From Pelobium sp. (lineage in GTDB: Bacteria; Bacteroidota; Bacteroidia; Sphingobacteriales; Sphingobacteriaceae), in the NCBI GenBank assembly GCA_044361595.1, contig JBIKIN010000010.1, positions 4,112 to 68,111 on the forward strand: a stretch of 64,000 nucleotides of DNA. The letters are read 5' to 3'. Made by a program: the position numbers and the translations under genes. Each line of letters begins with the position of its first letter. Within the stretch, counting starts at the first letter, position 1. Positions 47,306-57,616 of this stretch are shown one piece after another. A model generated the notes under the pieces. It saw only the letters and a program-made list of their open reading frames with translations, was not told the DNA's origin and did no database searches.

Positions 47306-48733
47306 ATGAGTGAGCAAAAAAATTATGGTACAGCTCTGTACTCTTTAGTTACAGTATTTTTCTTTTGGGGTTTTGTAGCAGCAAGTAATGATATTTTAAT
47401 CCCAGTTTTTAAAAAAGCTTTTGATCTTACACAAAGCCAAAGTCAATGGGTTTCCTTGGCTTTTTATATAGCTTATACTGTAGGCTCATTAATTTACAAT
47501 GGCATTTGTATATTAATGAAAAAAGACTTAATCAATACCATAGGATATAAAAATGGCTTAGCATTAGGTTTATTCATATCTGCTTTAGGTACATTATTAT
47601 TTTACCCAGCAGCAAATCTTCAATCGTTTCCTCTTATGTTAACAGGCTTATTTGTAGTAGCCCTAGGATTCTCACTGCAACAAACTGTAGCTAACCCATT
47701 AGCTATTGCCTTAGGCCCTATTAAAACGGGCTCACAAAGATTAACGTTAGCAGGTGGGATAAATAATTTTGGAACAACTATAGGCCCATTGATTGTAAGC
47801 TTCGCCATTTTTGGCACAAATACAGCAGCAAGTACAGATATTAGCATAGAAAGCGTAAAAATTCCTTATTTAATTTTGGGTGCTGCATTTTTATTAGTGG
47901 CCATATTCCTAAAATTTTCCTCATTACCAGATAAACCAGCTCTAGTTGAAGCCAAGGTAGATGAGAATGTAAAAGGCTCTGCACTTAAATATCCTCAACT
48001 AGTATTGGGAATGATAGCGATTTTTGTTTATGTAGGTGTAGAAGTTTCAACTGCAAGTAATTTGCCGGCCTACATGGAAAAAGATTTAGGCTATTCTATC
48101 AAAGAAATAGCGCCATACATTTCTCTGTATTGGGCTAGTTTAATGATCGGAAGGTGGACAGGAGCTGTTGAAGCTTTTACTGATAATATTACTAAACAAA
48201 AGCTTTTTAGATTTTTAGCGCCTTATTTAGCATTTGGGGTGTTTTTATTAGTAAACGCAATTGCAAAAAATAATTTAGCTCCATTTTATGTATATGGCTT
48301 TATCATATTGGCATTAATTGTAGCCGATGTAATGAGTAAAGGTAATCCCGCAAGAATGTTACTCATTTTCTCTTTAATGGGAATTATATCGCTTATTATT
48401 GGTATGTCAACTAACGGTATGATTAGTGTTTATGCAATAACCAGTGTAGGATTATTTTGCAGTACACTATGGCCTTGTATTTTCACTTTAGCAGTTTGTG
48501 GTTTGGGTAAAAACACTAGCCAAGGAAGTAGTTTTTTAATTATGATGATTATGGGCGGTGGAATTATAAGCTGGGCGCAAGGTTACTTATCAGAATTTAC
48601 TGGCATTCAAAACAGTTACATTGTAGGCGTATTATGTTTTGCTTATCTAGCGTTTTATGCATGGAAAGTAACAGGCATATTAAAGAAACAAGGAATTGAT
48701 ATCTCTAAATTAGACACAGAAGGCTCTCATTAA
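47306..48733 (+). CDS. FucP/GluP-family sugar:H+ symporter (MFS)
   Basis: LVTVFFFWGF, LQQTVANP, YVGVEV, IMGGGII. Confidence 0.9.
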   Translation: MSEQKNYGTALYSLVTVFFFWGFVAASNDILIPVFKKAFDLTQSQSQWVSLAFYIAYTVGSLIYNGICILMKKDLINTIGYKNGLALGLFISALGTLLFYPAANLQSFPLMLTGLFVVALGFSLQQTVANPLAIALGPIKTGSQRLTLAGGINNFGTTIGPLIVSFAIFGTNTAASTDISIESVKIPYLILGAAFLLVAIFLKFSSLPDKPALVEAKVDENVKGSALKYPQLVLGMIAIFVYVGVEVSTASNLPAYMEKDLGYSIKEIAPYISLYWASLMIGRWTGAVEAFTDNITKQKLFRFLAPYLAFGVFLLVNAIAKNNLAPFYVYGFIILALIVADVMSKGNPARMLLIFSLMGIISLIIGMSTNGMISVYAITSVGLFCSTLWPCIFTLAVCGLGKNTSQGSSFLIMMIMGGGIISWAQGYLSEFTGIQNSYIVGVLCFAYLAFYAWKVTGILKKQGIDISKLDTEGSH

Positions 48734-48742
48734 AAAAAGCAT

Positions 48743-48766
48743 ATACCCAATAATTTGGGTGTTTTT
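48743..48766 (+). terminator. probable intrinsic terminator of the MFS gene
   Basis: ACCCAA-taat-TTGGGT followed by GTTTTT. Confidence 0.6.
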
Positions 48767-48784
48767 ACAAGCTTTACACTTTAG

Positions 48785-48815
48785 TTTTATTGCCATTTGG
48801 CAAATGGCAATAAAA
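48785..48815. repeat. perfect 14-bp inverted repeat upstream of uvrC
   Basis: TTTTATTGCCATTT-ggc-AAATGGCAATAAAA. Confidence 0.8.
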
Positions 48816-48934
48816 GCTATCGTTTCTCCAAAGGAATCTTTTGGAAAATCTTTAACGCAACATCAAACATACACCAATTAGTAATTTGATTATTAATAAA
48901 ATAAAAGATTAGCTGCATTAAATTTCATAATTAT

Positions 48935-48942
48935 TAAATTTG
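48935..48942 (+). promoter_or_regulatory. -7 element (TAAATTTG) of uvrC
   Basis: TAnnTTTG ending 7 nt before the ATG. Confidence 0.65.
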
Positions 48943-48949
48943 CGGCCTC

Positions 48950-50740
48950 ATGTTTGATTATAAAGCAGCACTTCAAAATATACCTCATAAACCCGGAGTT
49001 TATCAATATTACGATAAAAACGATGAACTCATCTATATAGGAAAAGCTAAGGACCTTAGAAATAGAGTAAGTTCCTACTTCAATAACGATACTTATAAAG
49101 TAAATGCTAAAACCCAAGTATTAGTTAGTAAAATAAATAAAATAACATTTACTATTGTTGATACAGAAATTGATGCTTGGCTTTTAGAAAACAGTCTCAT
49201 TAAAAAGCATCAACCAAGGTACAATATCATGTTAAAAGATGATAAAACTTACCCTTGGATAGTAATTAAAAATGAAAGATTTCCTAGAATATTTTGGACT
49301 AGACGAAAAGTGAAAGATGGTTCTAAGTACTTGGGGCCATATCCTTCAGTTAGTATGATGCATTCTATTTTAGGCCTTATAAAAGAAACCTATTTATTAA
49401 GAAATTGCAATCTAAACCTTTCAGAAGCTAACATTAAAGCAGGAAAATTTAAAGTTTGCTTAGAATATCAAATTGGGAACTGCAAAGGTCCTTGTGAGAA
49501 TTATCAAAACGAAGAAGATTACAATCAATCTATAGAAGAAATAAAAGATATTTTAAGTGGTAAAACTGCACAAGTTGTAAAACAATTAAAAGAAGATATC
49601 AACGACGCAGCCAATAAACTAAATTTTGAACTAGCCTACAAACTTCAAAGAAAGTACGACTTATTAGAAAAATACCAAAGTAAATCTACTGTTGTTAACT
49701 CATCTATAACAGATGTTGATGTGTTTAGTATTGCATCAGATGAAAAATTTGGCTTTGTAAATTATTTAAAAGTTATAAACGGAAGTATAACACAAACACA
49801 AACCATAGAATTAAAAAAGAAACTAGACGAAACAGATGAAGAGCTACTCAGTATTGCTATTTCAGAATTTAGATTAAGATTCGAAAGCTCCTCAAAAGAA
49901 ATCATAGTTCCTTTTGAAATTTCTTTAGATGATGACTTTGTAAAGTTTACTGTACCAAAACAAGGCGAAAAAAAGAAACTATTAGAGTTATCACAAAAAA
50001 ATGTAATGTTCTTTAAAAAAGATAAGATAGAACAATACGAAAAATTAAATCCTGATTTAAGGACTGAGCGTTTGCTTACACAAATGCAAAAAGATTTAAG
50101 GTTAAACGAACTACCAAAACATATAGAATGTTTTGATAACTCTAACTTCCAAGGAAAATACCCCGTATCTGCAATTGTGGTTTTTAAAGATGCTAAACCA
50201 TCTAAAAAGGATTACAGGCATTTTAACGTAAAAACTGTAGAAGGGCCTAACGATTTTGCAACCATGGAAGAAGCTGTTTACAGACGTTATAAAAGATTAT
50301 TAGAAGAAAACCAGCCACTACCTCAACTCATAATTATTGATGGTGGTAAGGGGCAGCTATCATCTGCGGTTAAAAGCTTAAAAAAACTAGATATTTATAA
50401 TAAAGTGGCAATAATTGGTATTGCAAAGAGGCTAGAAGAGTTGTTTTATCCCGGAGATCAATATCCTTTGTATTTAGATAAAAAATCAGAGACCTTAAAA
50501 ATTATACAACAATTAAGGGATGAGGCGCATAGGTTTGGGATAACTTTCCATAGAAAAAAGCGAGACCAAGGAACTTTACAAACAGAGTTAGAGCTAATAG
50601 ATGGGATAGGCAAAACATCTGCTGAAAACCTTCTCAAACATTTTAAATCAGTTAAAAAAATTAAGGAAGCTAAAGAGGAGGAATTACTTCAAGTAATTAA
50701 TACCAAACAAGCTAAAGCCCTACTAAAATATTTTGCATAA
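48950..50740 (+). CDS. uvrC: excinuclease ABC subunit C
   Basis: GIY-YIG (PGVYQY...YIGKAKDLRNRVSSYF), IECFDNSN, IIIDGGKGQL, RDEAHRF, HhH. Confidence 0.99.
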   Translation: MFDYKAALQNIPHKPGVYQYYDKNDELIYIGKAKDLRNRVSSYFNNDTYKVNAKTQVLVSKINKITFTIVDTEIDAWLLENSLIKKHQPRYNIMLKDDKTYPWIVIKNERFPRIFWTRRKVKDGSKYLGPYPSVSMMHSILGLIKETYLLRNCNLNLSEANIKAGKFKVCLEYQIGNCKGPCENYQNEEDYNQSIEEIKDILSGKTAQVVKQLKEDINDAANKLNFELAYKLQRKYDLLEKYQSKSTVVNSSITDVDVFSIASDEKFGFVNYLKVINGSITQTQTIELKKKLDETDEELLSIAISEFRLRFESSSKEIIVPFEISLDDDFVKFTVPKQGEKKKLLELSQKNVMFFKKDKIEQYEKLNPDLRTERLLTQMQKDLRLNELPKHIECFDNSNFQGKYPVSAIVVFKDAKPSKKDYRHFNVKTVEGPNDFATMEEAVYRRYKRLLEENQPLPQLIIIDGGKGQLSSAVKSLKKLDIYNKVAIIGIAKRLEELFYPGDQYPLYLDKKSETLKIIQQLRDEAHRFGITFHRKKRDQGTLQTELELIDGIGKTSAENLLKHFKSVKKIKEAKEEELLQVINTKQAKALLKYFA

Positions 50741-50769
50741 AAAAAGCCTTCTTTAAATAGGAGGCTTTT
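50741..50769. terminator. bidirectional intrinsic terminator between uvrC and gldN
   Basis: AAAGCCTTCT-ttaaat-AGGAGGCTTT with A/T flanks. Confidence 0.8.
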
Positions 50770-50791
50770 GAATTCTATTGATATTAAGAAA

Positions 50792-51820
50792 CTATTGTTC
50801 CCACATATCTTGTTCGTATTGAATTAAAGATTTTTTAATTCTATCTGCTTCTAATAATTTATCTAAACCAGTTAAATCTTTACCATCAATCCCTTTTTTA
50901 TTACCAATTGCAATTCCATCAGCATTAGTTTCTTCAACTATCAGACTACTAAAAAATCTTAATTGGAAAACATCATCAAAGCTGTATCTAATGTTTTGGT
51001 TAGGATGAAAAACAAAATTCTTACAAATTTGATCTCTTATGGTAGGGTAATTAACGTAAAACAATGATGTCATTCCTTTACCTGCTTCACCAATTTTAAC
51101 TGATGGATCATCTAGTTTTGTTGGATTAGAAACTCCAGGTACAGCACCAAAAAGTGTATTAGCATCAATTGCCGCTGCACTTGCTGGAACTATAACAGAA
51201 AGAGCAATAATATACGGCTTAAATTCTGCCCTATTTGTATCAAAATACCAATCTTCAATAATCCTAAGACCTGCTTTACCTCTTAAACCTGGAGACTCTC
51301 CTGTTTGAGTTAGATCTGCAATTCCTGCTAACTGATTTGTTCTAGCTAATAAATCATTAAAGCTAATTGGCTCAATTAACCTTCCATCATTATCACTCCA
51401 TGCTTGATAAGCATCAATTTTTCCATCTTCAATTGCTTTAAACAAAACATATAAAAAGTTTTTACTTGCAGTCTTTGGTACGAGATATTTATTGGCTTCA
51501 TCGACAAAATAAATATCTCTTTTTAATCTCTTCGCAAAGATAACATCGTCCTTTTTAACTCTAGGATACTCTGGGGCACATTTTATTGAGTCCTTGTTAG
51601 CAGTTTTTTCAGTACCCTTCTTACTTTCTTCGGATTTTTGAAAAATTGAATAAATGGGCTCAACTTTAGGCTTAATAGTAGCTGGCGCAACTGGTGTAGT
51701 AGTGGCTGGCTGAGTACTTTCTGATGGAGGTGGTGTTGTAGTTTTTTTTGGCTTATTTGTCTGTGCAAATAAAGAAATACCTAGGACACTAAATAAAAGA
51801 GCAATTACAATCTTTTTCAT
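50792..51820 (-). CDS. gldN: gliding motility/T9SS protein GldN (PorN)
   Basis: Signal peptide; IEDWYFD, SFDDVFQLRFFSSLI, EQDMWE; follows gldM. Confidence 0.88.
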   Translation of the reverse strand: MKKIVIALLFSVLGISLFAQTNKPKKTTTPPPSESTQPATTTPVAPATIKPKVEPIYSIFQKSEESKKGTEKTANKDSIKCAPEYPRVKKDDVIFAKRLKRDIYFVDEANKYLVPKTASKNFLYVLFKAIEDGKIDAYQAWSDNDGRLIEPISFNDLLARTNQLAGIADLTQTGESPGLRGKAGLRIIEDWYFDTNRAEFKPYIIALSVIVPASAAAIDANTLFGAVPGVSNPTKLDDPSVKIGEAGKGMTSLFYVNYPTIRDQICKNFVFHPNQNIRYSFDDVFQLRFFSSLIVEETNADGIAIGNKKGIDGKDLTGLDKLLEADRIKKSLIQYEQDMWEQ

Positions 51821-51823
51821 AAT

Positions 51824-53353
51824 TTAATTTCTTATTACAACATTAACGCCTGTTTTTAAATTTCTTGTTGTACCATCTTCACCATAAACGGTTATGCTAC
51901 TGAAAGACACAGCGTCACCTGGACTCAATTTTGTTACAGCAGCTCTGATTTGTGGTGTAAAACTACCATCTGGTGAGGAATAAAAAATAGGGTCTTGACC
52001 AGGCTTACTGATAAAAACATTGAATTTGGTAACTCTAAACTTTAAAGCAAAATCAAAATTATCTAACTCGGCATTTAAGAAAGACGCACTTGTAGCTGAA
52101 CTTCTAGAAACTGGACCTGAAGTTACTCCAGCAAATTGAGCTAAAGGATCTGGTACAGTTTTTACTCTAAACTTAGTTGCTCCTAAAACTTGTGTTTTAC
52201 CTTTTTCGATTTCGGCAGAAACAGTAACAGTTGCTTCTGTACCACCACTTACTTTAACAATATATGAGCCATTGGAGCCAGAAACTGATCCTCCAGAAAC
52301 ACTAACTTTTAATTTTTCTTTTGCAATACCCGGTGCTGAAACAGAGACTGGGTTATCAACTCCTCTGTAGAAAACATTCATTTTATCAGGAGAAACTACC
52401 GCAGACGGTCTCGCTACTTGATATTCTACTGGTTCTGTTGTAAAGGTTTTAATTTCACCACTTGTTGGATCTTTAAAGGAGACTGTTCCAGTCCATTTAA
52501 ATACACCTTCTTTAGATGCGGAAGTTTTATATTTACCCATACCATTTTCATTTGGTAAAGTTGAACCATTGGCAGTTGCAGTAATAGGAATACTTGAACT
52601 TCCAGCAGTTAAAAATACATCAGCTTCGTATGTTTGTCCAGCTAAAATATAACTACTTTTAGCAACAGCAACAGCTTTATAACTATCTACAACGCCACCA
52701 CCTGTTGTTTCTTGGTATAGTTTACTAATTACATACGCTTCAGCATTTTTAGCATCATTTTGAAACTTAGAAAGCAAAGTTATCGTAGAGGTTAACGGCT
52801 TACCTTCACCAAAATTGTAATCAGCCCAAGTTTGAGGTCTACTGTTTTCCTTATTTATTTTAGGCCAATCCAATGCTAAACCAATAGCTTTAGGGTCAGA
52901 TCCTATTAAAGCACCTAATTTCTTAGCCGCCTCTTCTATTTTCTTTTGTAAAACATCACCTTTTTTCTTTTCGACTAATTCCTTGTGAGAAACACCTAAA
53001 TCGTCACGCTTTTTCAAATCTCCTGTTTCTGTCAAACCATCAGTCATAGTTATTAGTTCCTGCTTTACCTTTTCTATCTCAGCTACAATACCATCACCAA
53101 TCTTTTTTGCTTCCAATGCTTTATTATAGTTGACCTCTGCCTTTTTTGGAGCATTATCGTAGTAATTTTTGAATAGCGTCATGATAAATTTCATTCTACC
53201 ATCCATATTCTCATTACTTTTGTCTAAACCGTCTTTAACTGTTTTAAATGCATCTAATACGGTATTACTTACGTTTAATGCTAACATCGCCATTAACACC
53301 AAGTACATAATACCAATCATTTTCTGCCTTGGGGTTTCTTTACCGCCTGCCAT
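51824..53353 (-). CDS. gldM: gliding motility/T9SS motor protein GldM (PorM)
   Basis: MAGGKETPRQKMIGIMYLVLMAMLALNVS, VVSPDKMNVFYRGVDNPVSVS. Confidence 0.98.
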   Translation of the reverse strand: MAGGKETPRQKMIGIMYLVLMAMLALNVSNTVLDAFKTVKDGLDKSNENMDGRMKFIMTLFKNYYDNAPKKAEVNYNKALEAKKIGDGIVAEIEKVKQELITMTDGLTETGDLKKRDDLGVSHKELVEKKKGDVLQKKIEEAAKKLGALIGSDPKAIGLALDWPKINKENSRPQTWADYNFGEGKPLTSTITLLSKFQNDAKNAEAYVISKLYQETTGGGVVDSYKAVAVAKSSYILAGQTYEADVFLTAGSSSIPITATANGSTLPNENGMGKYKTSASKEGVFKWTGTVSFKDPTSGEIKTFTTEPVEYQVARPSAVVSPDKMNVFYRGVDNPVSVSAPGIAKEKLKVSVSGGSVSGSNGSYIVKVSGGTEATVTVSAEIEKGKTQVLGATKFRVKTVPDPLAQFAGVTSGPVSRSSATSASFLNAELDNFDFALKFRVTKFNVFISKPGQDPIFYSSPDGSFTPQIRAAVTKLSPGDAVSFSSITVYGEDGTTRNLKTGVNVVIRN

Positions 53354-53395
53354 AATTAATTTTTAAGAGTTTATTTAAATTAAAAAATGATTTTT

Positions 53396-54202
53396 TTAAG
53401 CTCTAGGCTGATTCATAGCTGAAAGCATGTTACCGTAAACAGCATTTAAGCTAGACAAATTCTTAGATAGTTTTGCAACTTCATCTTTGAATTGTTTTGA
53501 ATCGTCCATAGACTCATTAAAATTAGACATGGTTTGAGATAAATTAGAATAAAACTTATTCATCGATTTAAGATGAGCACTAGAATCTTGTAATTCTAAT
53601 TCATAAACTGCATTTAAAGCAGATATACTTTTACCCAAATTATTTATTTGGTTATGGTATTCTTTAGATCCTTGAGCAGCGGCAGATATCTCGGCTACTC
53701 CAGCCGTAGCTTGCTCAAAAGCTGTACTTAAACCTGATGCCTTTGAAGCAGCAGATTTAACATTTGCAGCAAATTCGTTAGTAGCTATACTTGCATCAGC
53801 TGCATTTGAAATAGCACCTACTTTATTACTGAAATTTTCCAGACCTTCTTTGATCTTAGCGGTGATATCATCTCCAATTTTTAAATCAGGGAAACCACCT
53901 CCACCACCAGCAGAACCTTTAATTTCTAACTCGTTTAGTTTTACTGGCTTAGACATATCAATTGGTGTACCTGTAAAATCTTCAGATAGTTGTGGATAGA
54001 CTTTATCCCATTTTGGATCTTTGTGAGGAGGCACAAAACCCATGATAAAAAATAAAATAGCTTCGGTTCCTAAACCAATACCAATAATTAGCTCCCCACC
54101 TGGCCAGTGAAGAATTTTTGCCATTGCACCAATAATTACCACAGTTGCTCCCCAAGATATAATTGCATCTAAGGTTATTTTAAATTTTTTCTTTTGAGCC
54201 AT
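53396..54202 (-). CDS. gldL: gliding motility/T9SS motor protein GldL (PorL)
   Basis: WGATVVIIGAMAKILHWPG, GLGTEA, NLSSLNAVYGNMLSAM. Confidence 0.98.
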   Translation of the reverse strand: MAQKKKFKITLDAIISWGATVVIIGAMAKILHWPGGELIIGIGLGTEAILFFIMGFVPPHKDPKWDKVYPQLSEDFTGTPIDMSKPVKLNELEIKGSAGGGGGFPDLKIGDDITAKIKEGLENFSNKVGAISNAADASIATNEFAANVKSAASKASGLSTAFEQATAGVAEISAAAQGSKEYHNQINNLGKSISALNAVYELELQDSSAHLKSMNKFYSNLSQTMSNFNESMDDSKQFKDEVAKLSKNLSSLNAVYGNMLSAMNQPRA

Positions 54203-54253
54203 TTTTTTTAAAAGTTAATTTTAGATTTTAGGAATATGATTATAATAAATTGT

Positions 54254-55591
54254 TTAAGGTTTCATTTTACCTGGTTTATCCTTTATGTCTCTACCTACGA
54301 AAGGAGTTACAGATCTAAAACCAATTGATGATCTAGCAGAATCAGGATACTCGTAAGATTTTGCAGAGTTTTGTAAGAAATAACCTATATCTTTCCAAGA
54401 GCCCCCTTTTACAACTCGTTTCTTGTTGTAGTCTGGATCTCCTTTTTTAACAGCTTTGTTGAAAGATGGGTTAATTGTACTTACATAGGCAGTAGCTGCA
54501 TCGCTGTAAATAGAACTTGTCCACTCAGCCACGTTACCGGCCATATTATATAAACCAAAATCATTTGGAAAATAAGACTTAACATAAACTGTAAAAGCAC
54601 CACCGTCATCAATATAGTTACCTCTGCCCGGCTTAAAGTTAGCTAACAAACAACCTTTAGCATTTTTGATATAAGGACCGCCCCAAGGATAGCTAGTTTG
54701 AACTCTTCCTCCTCTTGCTGCATATTCAAACTGAGCCTCGGTAGGTAATTCATAATCTAATCTTTTGGTGATTATTTTTTTTGAATCTTTATAAGACTCA
54801 TTTAGTCTAGATCTCCAAACATTAAAAGCATTAGCCTGCTCCCACGTAACACCTACAACAGGATAGTTAGCGAAAGATGGATGAGAGAAATAACCTTTAG
54901 CCATTGGGTCATTTTGTGCATAAGTGAAATCAGAAATCCAAACCAAAGTATCAGGATAAACAAAAGTCTCCTCTTTTACGATAAATTCTTCTCGACTAAC
55001 AGACATACCGTTCTTATTTAAGTTCGGATCCCTTACACCTCTATAAGAAGCTGCTTTTTTATAATCTATCCAAGAATATTCATATTTAAGCTGTTCTATT
55101 TTTAATTCTTTCTTGTTAAAAAACTTCTCGTTACCAGAATAGTACATGGCTTTTTCTAACTTATCTTTTAAAGTTTTATCGCCCCACATTCCACTTTTTT
55201 TATTCATGGCTGCCCAGTTAATGTTAGTACTTGCCTTACCACCCTTATTTTTAAGTACATATTTTTGAGGCTTACCAACTTGGTAAAAAGCAATAGAATC
55301 TCTAACCCAATTCACAAACTGCTTATATTCGCTGTTTGTAATTTCGGTTTCATCCATGTAAAATGCAGAAATAGTAACTTGCTTATTTTGAGGAAATTGA
55401 GATATTGTAACATCCTGATCAACCTGACCCATTACAAAGGTTCCAGCAGGTATGTAAACCATGCCATATGGTAATTCCTGCTTTACTGTATTATTTGCAA
55501 CACCTATTAACTCTCCTCTTCCGTCACCCCTACCGCAACTAAAAAGTGCAAAAGAAATTAATATCAGTGCAGATATGTATAATTTTTTCAT
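54254..55591 (-). CDS. gldK: gliding motility/T9SS lipoprotein GldK (PorK); start corrected to MKKLY at 55591
   Basis: Lipobox LFS-C, FGE-sulfatase fold (YPVVGVTWEQA, LPTEAQFEYAARGG, GLYNMAGNVAEW). Confidence 0.95.
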   Translation of the reverse strand: MKKLYISALILISFALFSCGRGDGRGELIGVANNTVKQELPYGMVYIPAGTFVMGQVDQDVTISQFPQNKQVTISAFYMDETEITNSEYKQFVNWVRDSIAFYQVGKPQKYVLKNKGGKASTNINWAAMNKKSGMWGDKTLKDKLEKAMYYSGNEKFFNKKELKIEQLKYEYSWIDYKKAASYRGVRDPNLNKNGMSVSREEFIVKEETFVYPDTLVWISDFTYAQNDPMAKGYFSHPSFANYPVVGVTWEQANAFNVWRSRLNESYKDSKKIITKRLDYELPTEAQFEYAARGGRVQTSYPWGGPYIKNAKGCLLANFKPGRGNYIDDGGAFTVYVKSYFPNDFGLYNMAGNVAEWTSSIYSDAATAYVSTINPSFNKAVKKGDPDYNKKRVVKGGSWKDIGYFLQNSAKSYEYPDSARSSIGFRSVTPFVGRDIKDKPGKMKP

Positions 55592-55812
55592 GTGCTTATC
55601 AAGTTTTATTGTGTTTTTATTGTGCAAAAAACGTTTCTAATATACAGAATTTCAACATTTTCAAACAATTTATTTTTTAATTTTCATTAAAAAAGTAAAA
55701 TTCTTAAAAGAAATGTAAATCTAACAGCTTATCATTTTGAAAAAAATACCAACTATTAGGTATTTTTGCTTCTGACTTTACTCTATTACGAATACATTAT
55801 TTTAAAAGTTTC

Positions 55813-55845
55813 AAAAAAAAAGCGACTATTTTAAAAAAGTCGCTT
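55813..55845 (-). terminator. intrinsic terminator after hemD
   Basis: AAGCGACT/AGTCGCTT stem followed by a U-run on the minus strand. Confidence 0.75.
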
Positions 55846-55856
55846 CGGAATAAGTA

Positions 55857-56630
55857 TTAGTTTTGCTTTATCGACTTTATATATTGCTCTATTGCCATTG
55901 TCATGGATGGTGCATCTGGTGTTGGAGCAGGAATATCTAAAATTAAATCAGCATCCAAAATTGCTTGTTGTGTTGTCTTACCAAACGCAGCTATTCTAGT
56001 ATTATTTTGTTTAAAATTTGGAAAGTTTACAAATAGTGATTGTACGCTTGATGGACTAAAGAAAACAATAATATCATAAAATACTTCAGCAAGGTCAGAT
56101 AAATCAGAAACTACCGTTTTAAATAATACTGCCGGAGTAAAATCAATACCTTGACTTCTTAAAGTTGTTTCGGTAGCCTCTGCCGCTACATCAGAACATG
56201 GATAAAGAAACTTCTCGCTAGTATGTTTTTTTAATACCTCTGCTAAATCTTTAGGTGTTTGCTTTCCGAAAAATATTTTACGTTTTCTATACTGTATGTA
56301 CTTTTGAAGGTATAAAGCAATAGATTCAGATAAACAGAAATATTTCATTTCTGCTGGTACCTCAAATCGCATTTCTTCACAAACTCTAAAATAATGATCG
56401 GCAGCGTTTCTACTTGTTAAAATAACAGCGGTAAAATCTGCCATGTTTATTTTGTCCTTTCTTATTTCTTTACCAGGAACCCCTTCTACGTGAATAAATG
56501 ATCTAAAATCAATTTTTAAGTTTAAAGCGGCAGCGATGTCAAAATAAGGAGATTTTTCATTTTCTGGCTCAGGCAATGTCACCAAAATACTTTTCACTTT
56601 ATTTTTTCTAGTGTCGATATTAATTTTCAT
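55857..56630 (-). CDS. hemD: uroporphyrinogen-III synthase family protein (probable start 56630)
   Basis: KVKSILVTLP, AVILTSRNAADHYF, IVFFSPSSV, IAAFGKTT. Confidence 0.85.
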   Translation of the reverse strand: MKINIDTRKNKVKSILVTLPEPENEKSPYFDIAAALNLKIDFRSFIHVEGVPGKEIRKDKINMADFTAVILTSRNAADHYFRVCEEMRFEVPAEMKYFCLSESIALYLQKYIQYRKRKIFFGKQTPKDLAEVLKKHTSEKFLYPCSDVAAEATETTLRSQGIDFTPAVLFKTVVSDLSDLAEVFYDIIVFFSPSSVQSLFVNFPNFKQNNTRIAAFGKTTQQAILDADLILDIPAPTPDAPSMTMAIEQYIKSIKQN

Positions 56631-56635
56631 GAATG

Positions 56636-57616
56636 CTATAGACTGATATTTATTGTTTTTGCAAATAAAATTAAAGGACAAATTTCAAGAGCGCAAAGAT
56701 ATAGAATTAAATAAAATATTGATAACCTATAATTTAATAAAACATTAATTGCTATTCTCACAAATTGAAAGCTAAAAACTAATAAAAAGAACAGCAAAAA
56801 CCCTTCGATAATGTAATTTTCATGATTTGTATCTAACAAAATAAGGCAAAGTATTATGGGAAATAAAAGAAAGATAGAGTTAAATAAGGTAATGCAAATA
56901 AAATTAATATAATCTTTAGTTAATTTCTGGACTAAAAATAAGTGTCCAAAAAACTTTAATACAACTATTTTTAAGAAAAAAAATGTGAAAGAAGCTAAGG
57001 TTAATATTAAAAATGTTTCTATTTGAATAACACTTTGGTTGCCGAAATATTTAAATAAAATTAAACTTATAAATAATCCCACCGTAAGAGATAAAATAAT
57101 AAATAAAAATAGAAACTGCCAAGAAAACAAGTAGTTATCATCTTTACTAAATTGAGCTAGAAATCTATTGTCGTAAAATGCTTTGAAAATATTGGATAAT
57201 TCTTTGCTAAACAAAACTTTAACTACCCCAAAAAAGACTAAAATAAATAAGAAAATAAAAATAAATAGTTTTGGGCTTTTCTTTATAAATAAACCTAACC
57301 CATAATTACTATTAATAACTTTTATGCCTTTGGGGGAACTCAGTAAAAAAGGATCGGTAACAAAAAAGTCTTTAACTAATTGATTGTAATAAGGGTTAAT
57401 TCTTTGAGGATTGGGTTTTATATACTGATAGGTTAACGAATCTGCGATAAAGGACTTTCTAGCCAAAGCAACACTATCAACAATGAGATAATTATTAGTA
57501 GAAATAATATTAGCCGTATCTATTTTCTGCGTTTTAGTAGAATCTTTGGTTAATTGTGAAAAACCAGTAAAATTAAAAGCCAATAAAAATATAATACCTA
57601 ATAAAAGTCTAATCAT
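56636..57616 (-). CDS. DUF4271-family membrane protein
   Basis: Signal peptide, periplasmic region, multi-TM ending YLILYLCALEICP; usual neighbour of hemD in Bacteroidota. Confidence 0.8.
   Translation of the reverse strand: MIRLLLGIIFLLAFNFTGFSQLTKDSTKTQKIDTANIISTNNYLIVDSVALARKSFIADSLTYQYIKPNPQRINPYYNQLVKDFFVTDPFLLSSPKGIKVINSNYGLGLFIKKSPKLFIFIFLFILVFFGVVKVLFSKELSNIFKAFYDNRFLAQFSKDDNYLFSWQFLFLFIILSLTVGLFISLILFKYFGNQSVIQIETFLILTLASFTFFFLKIVVLKFFGHLFLVQKLTKDYINFICITLFNSIFLLFPIILCLILLDTNHENYIIEGFLLFFLLVFSFQFVRIAINVLLNYRLSIFYLILYLCALEICPLILFAKTINISL

Noticed and set aside
48893-55474. ORFs 48893-49117, 51583-51768, 53169-53366 and 55265-55474
   Set aside because: Antisense to uvrC or gld genes.
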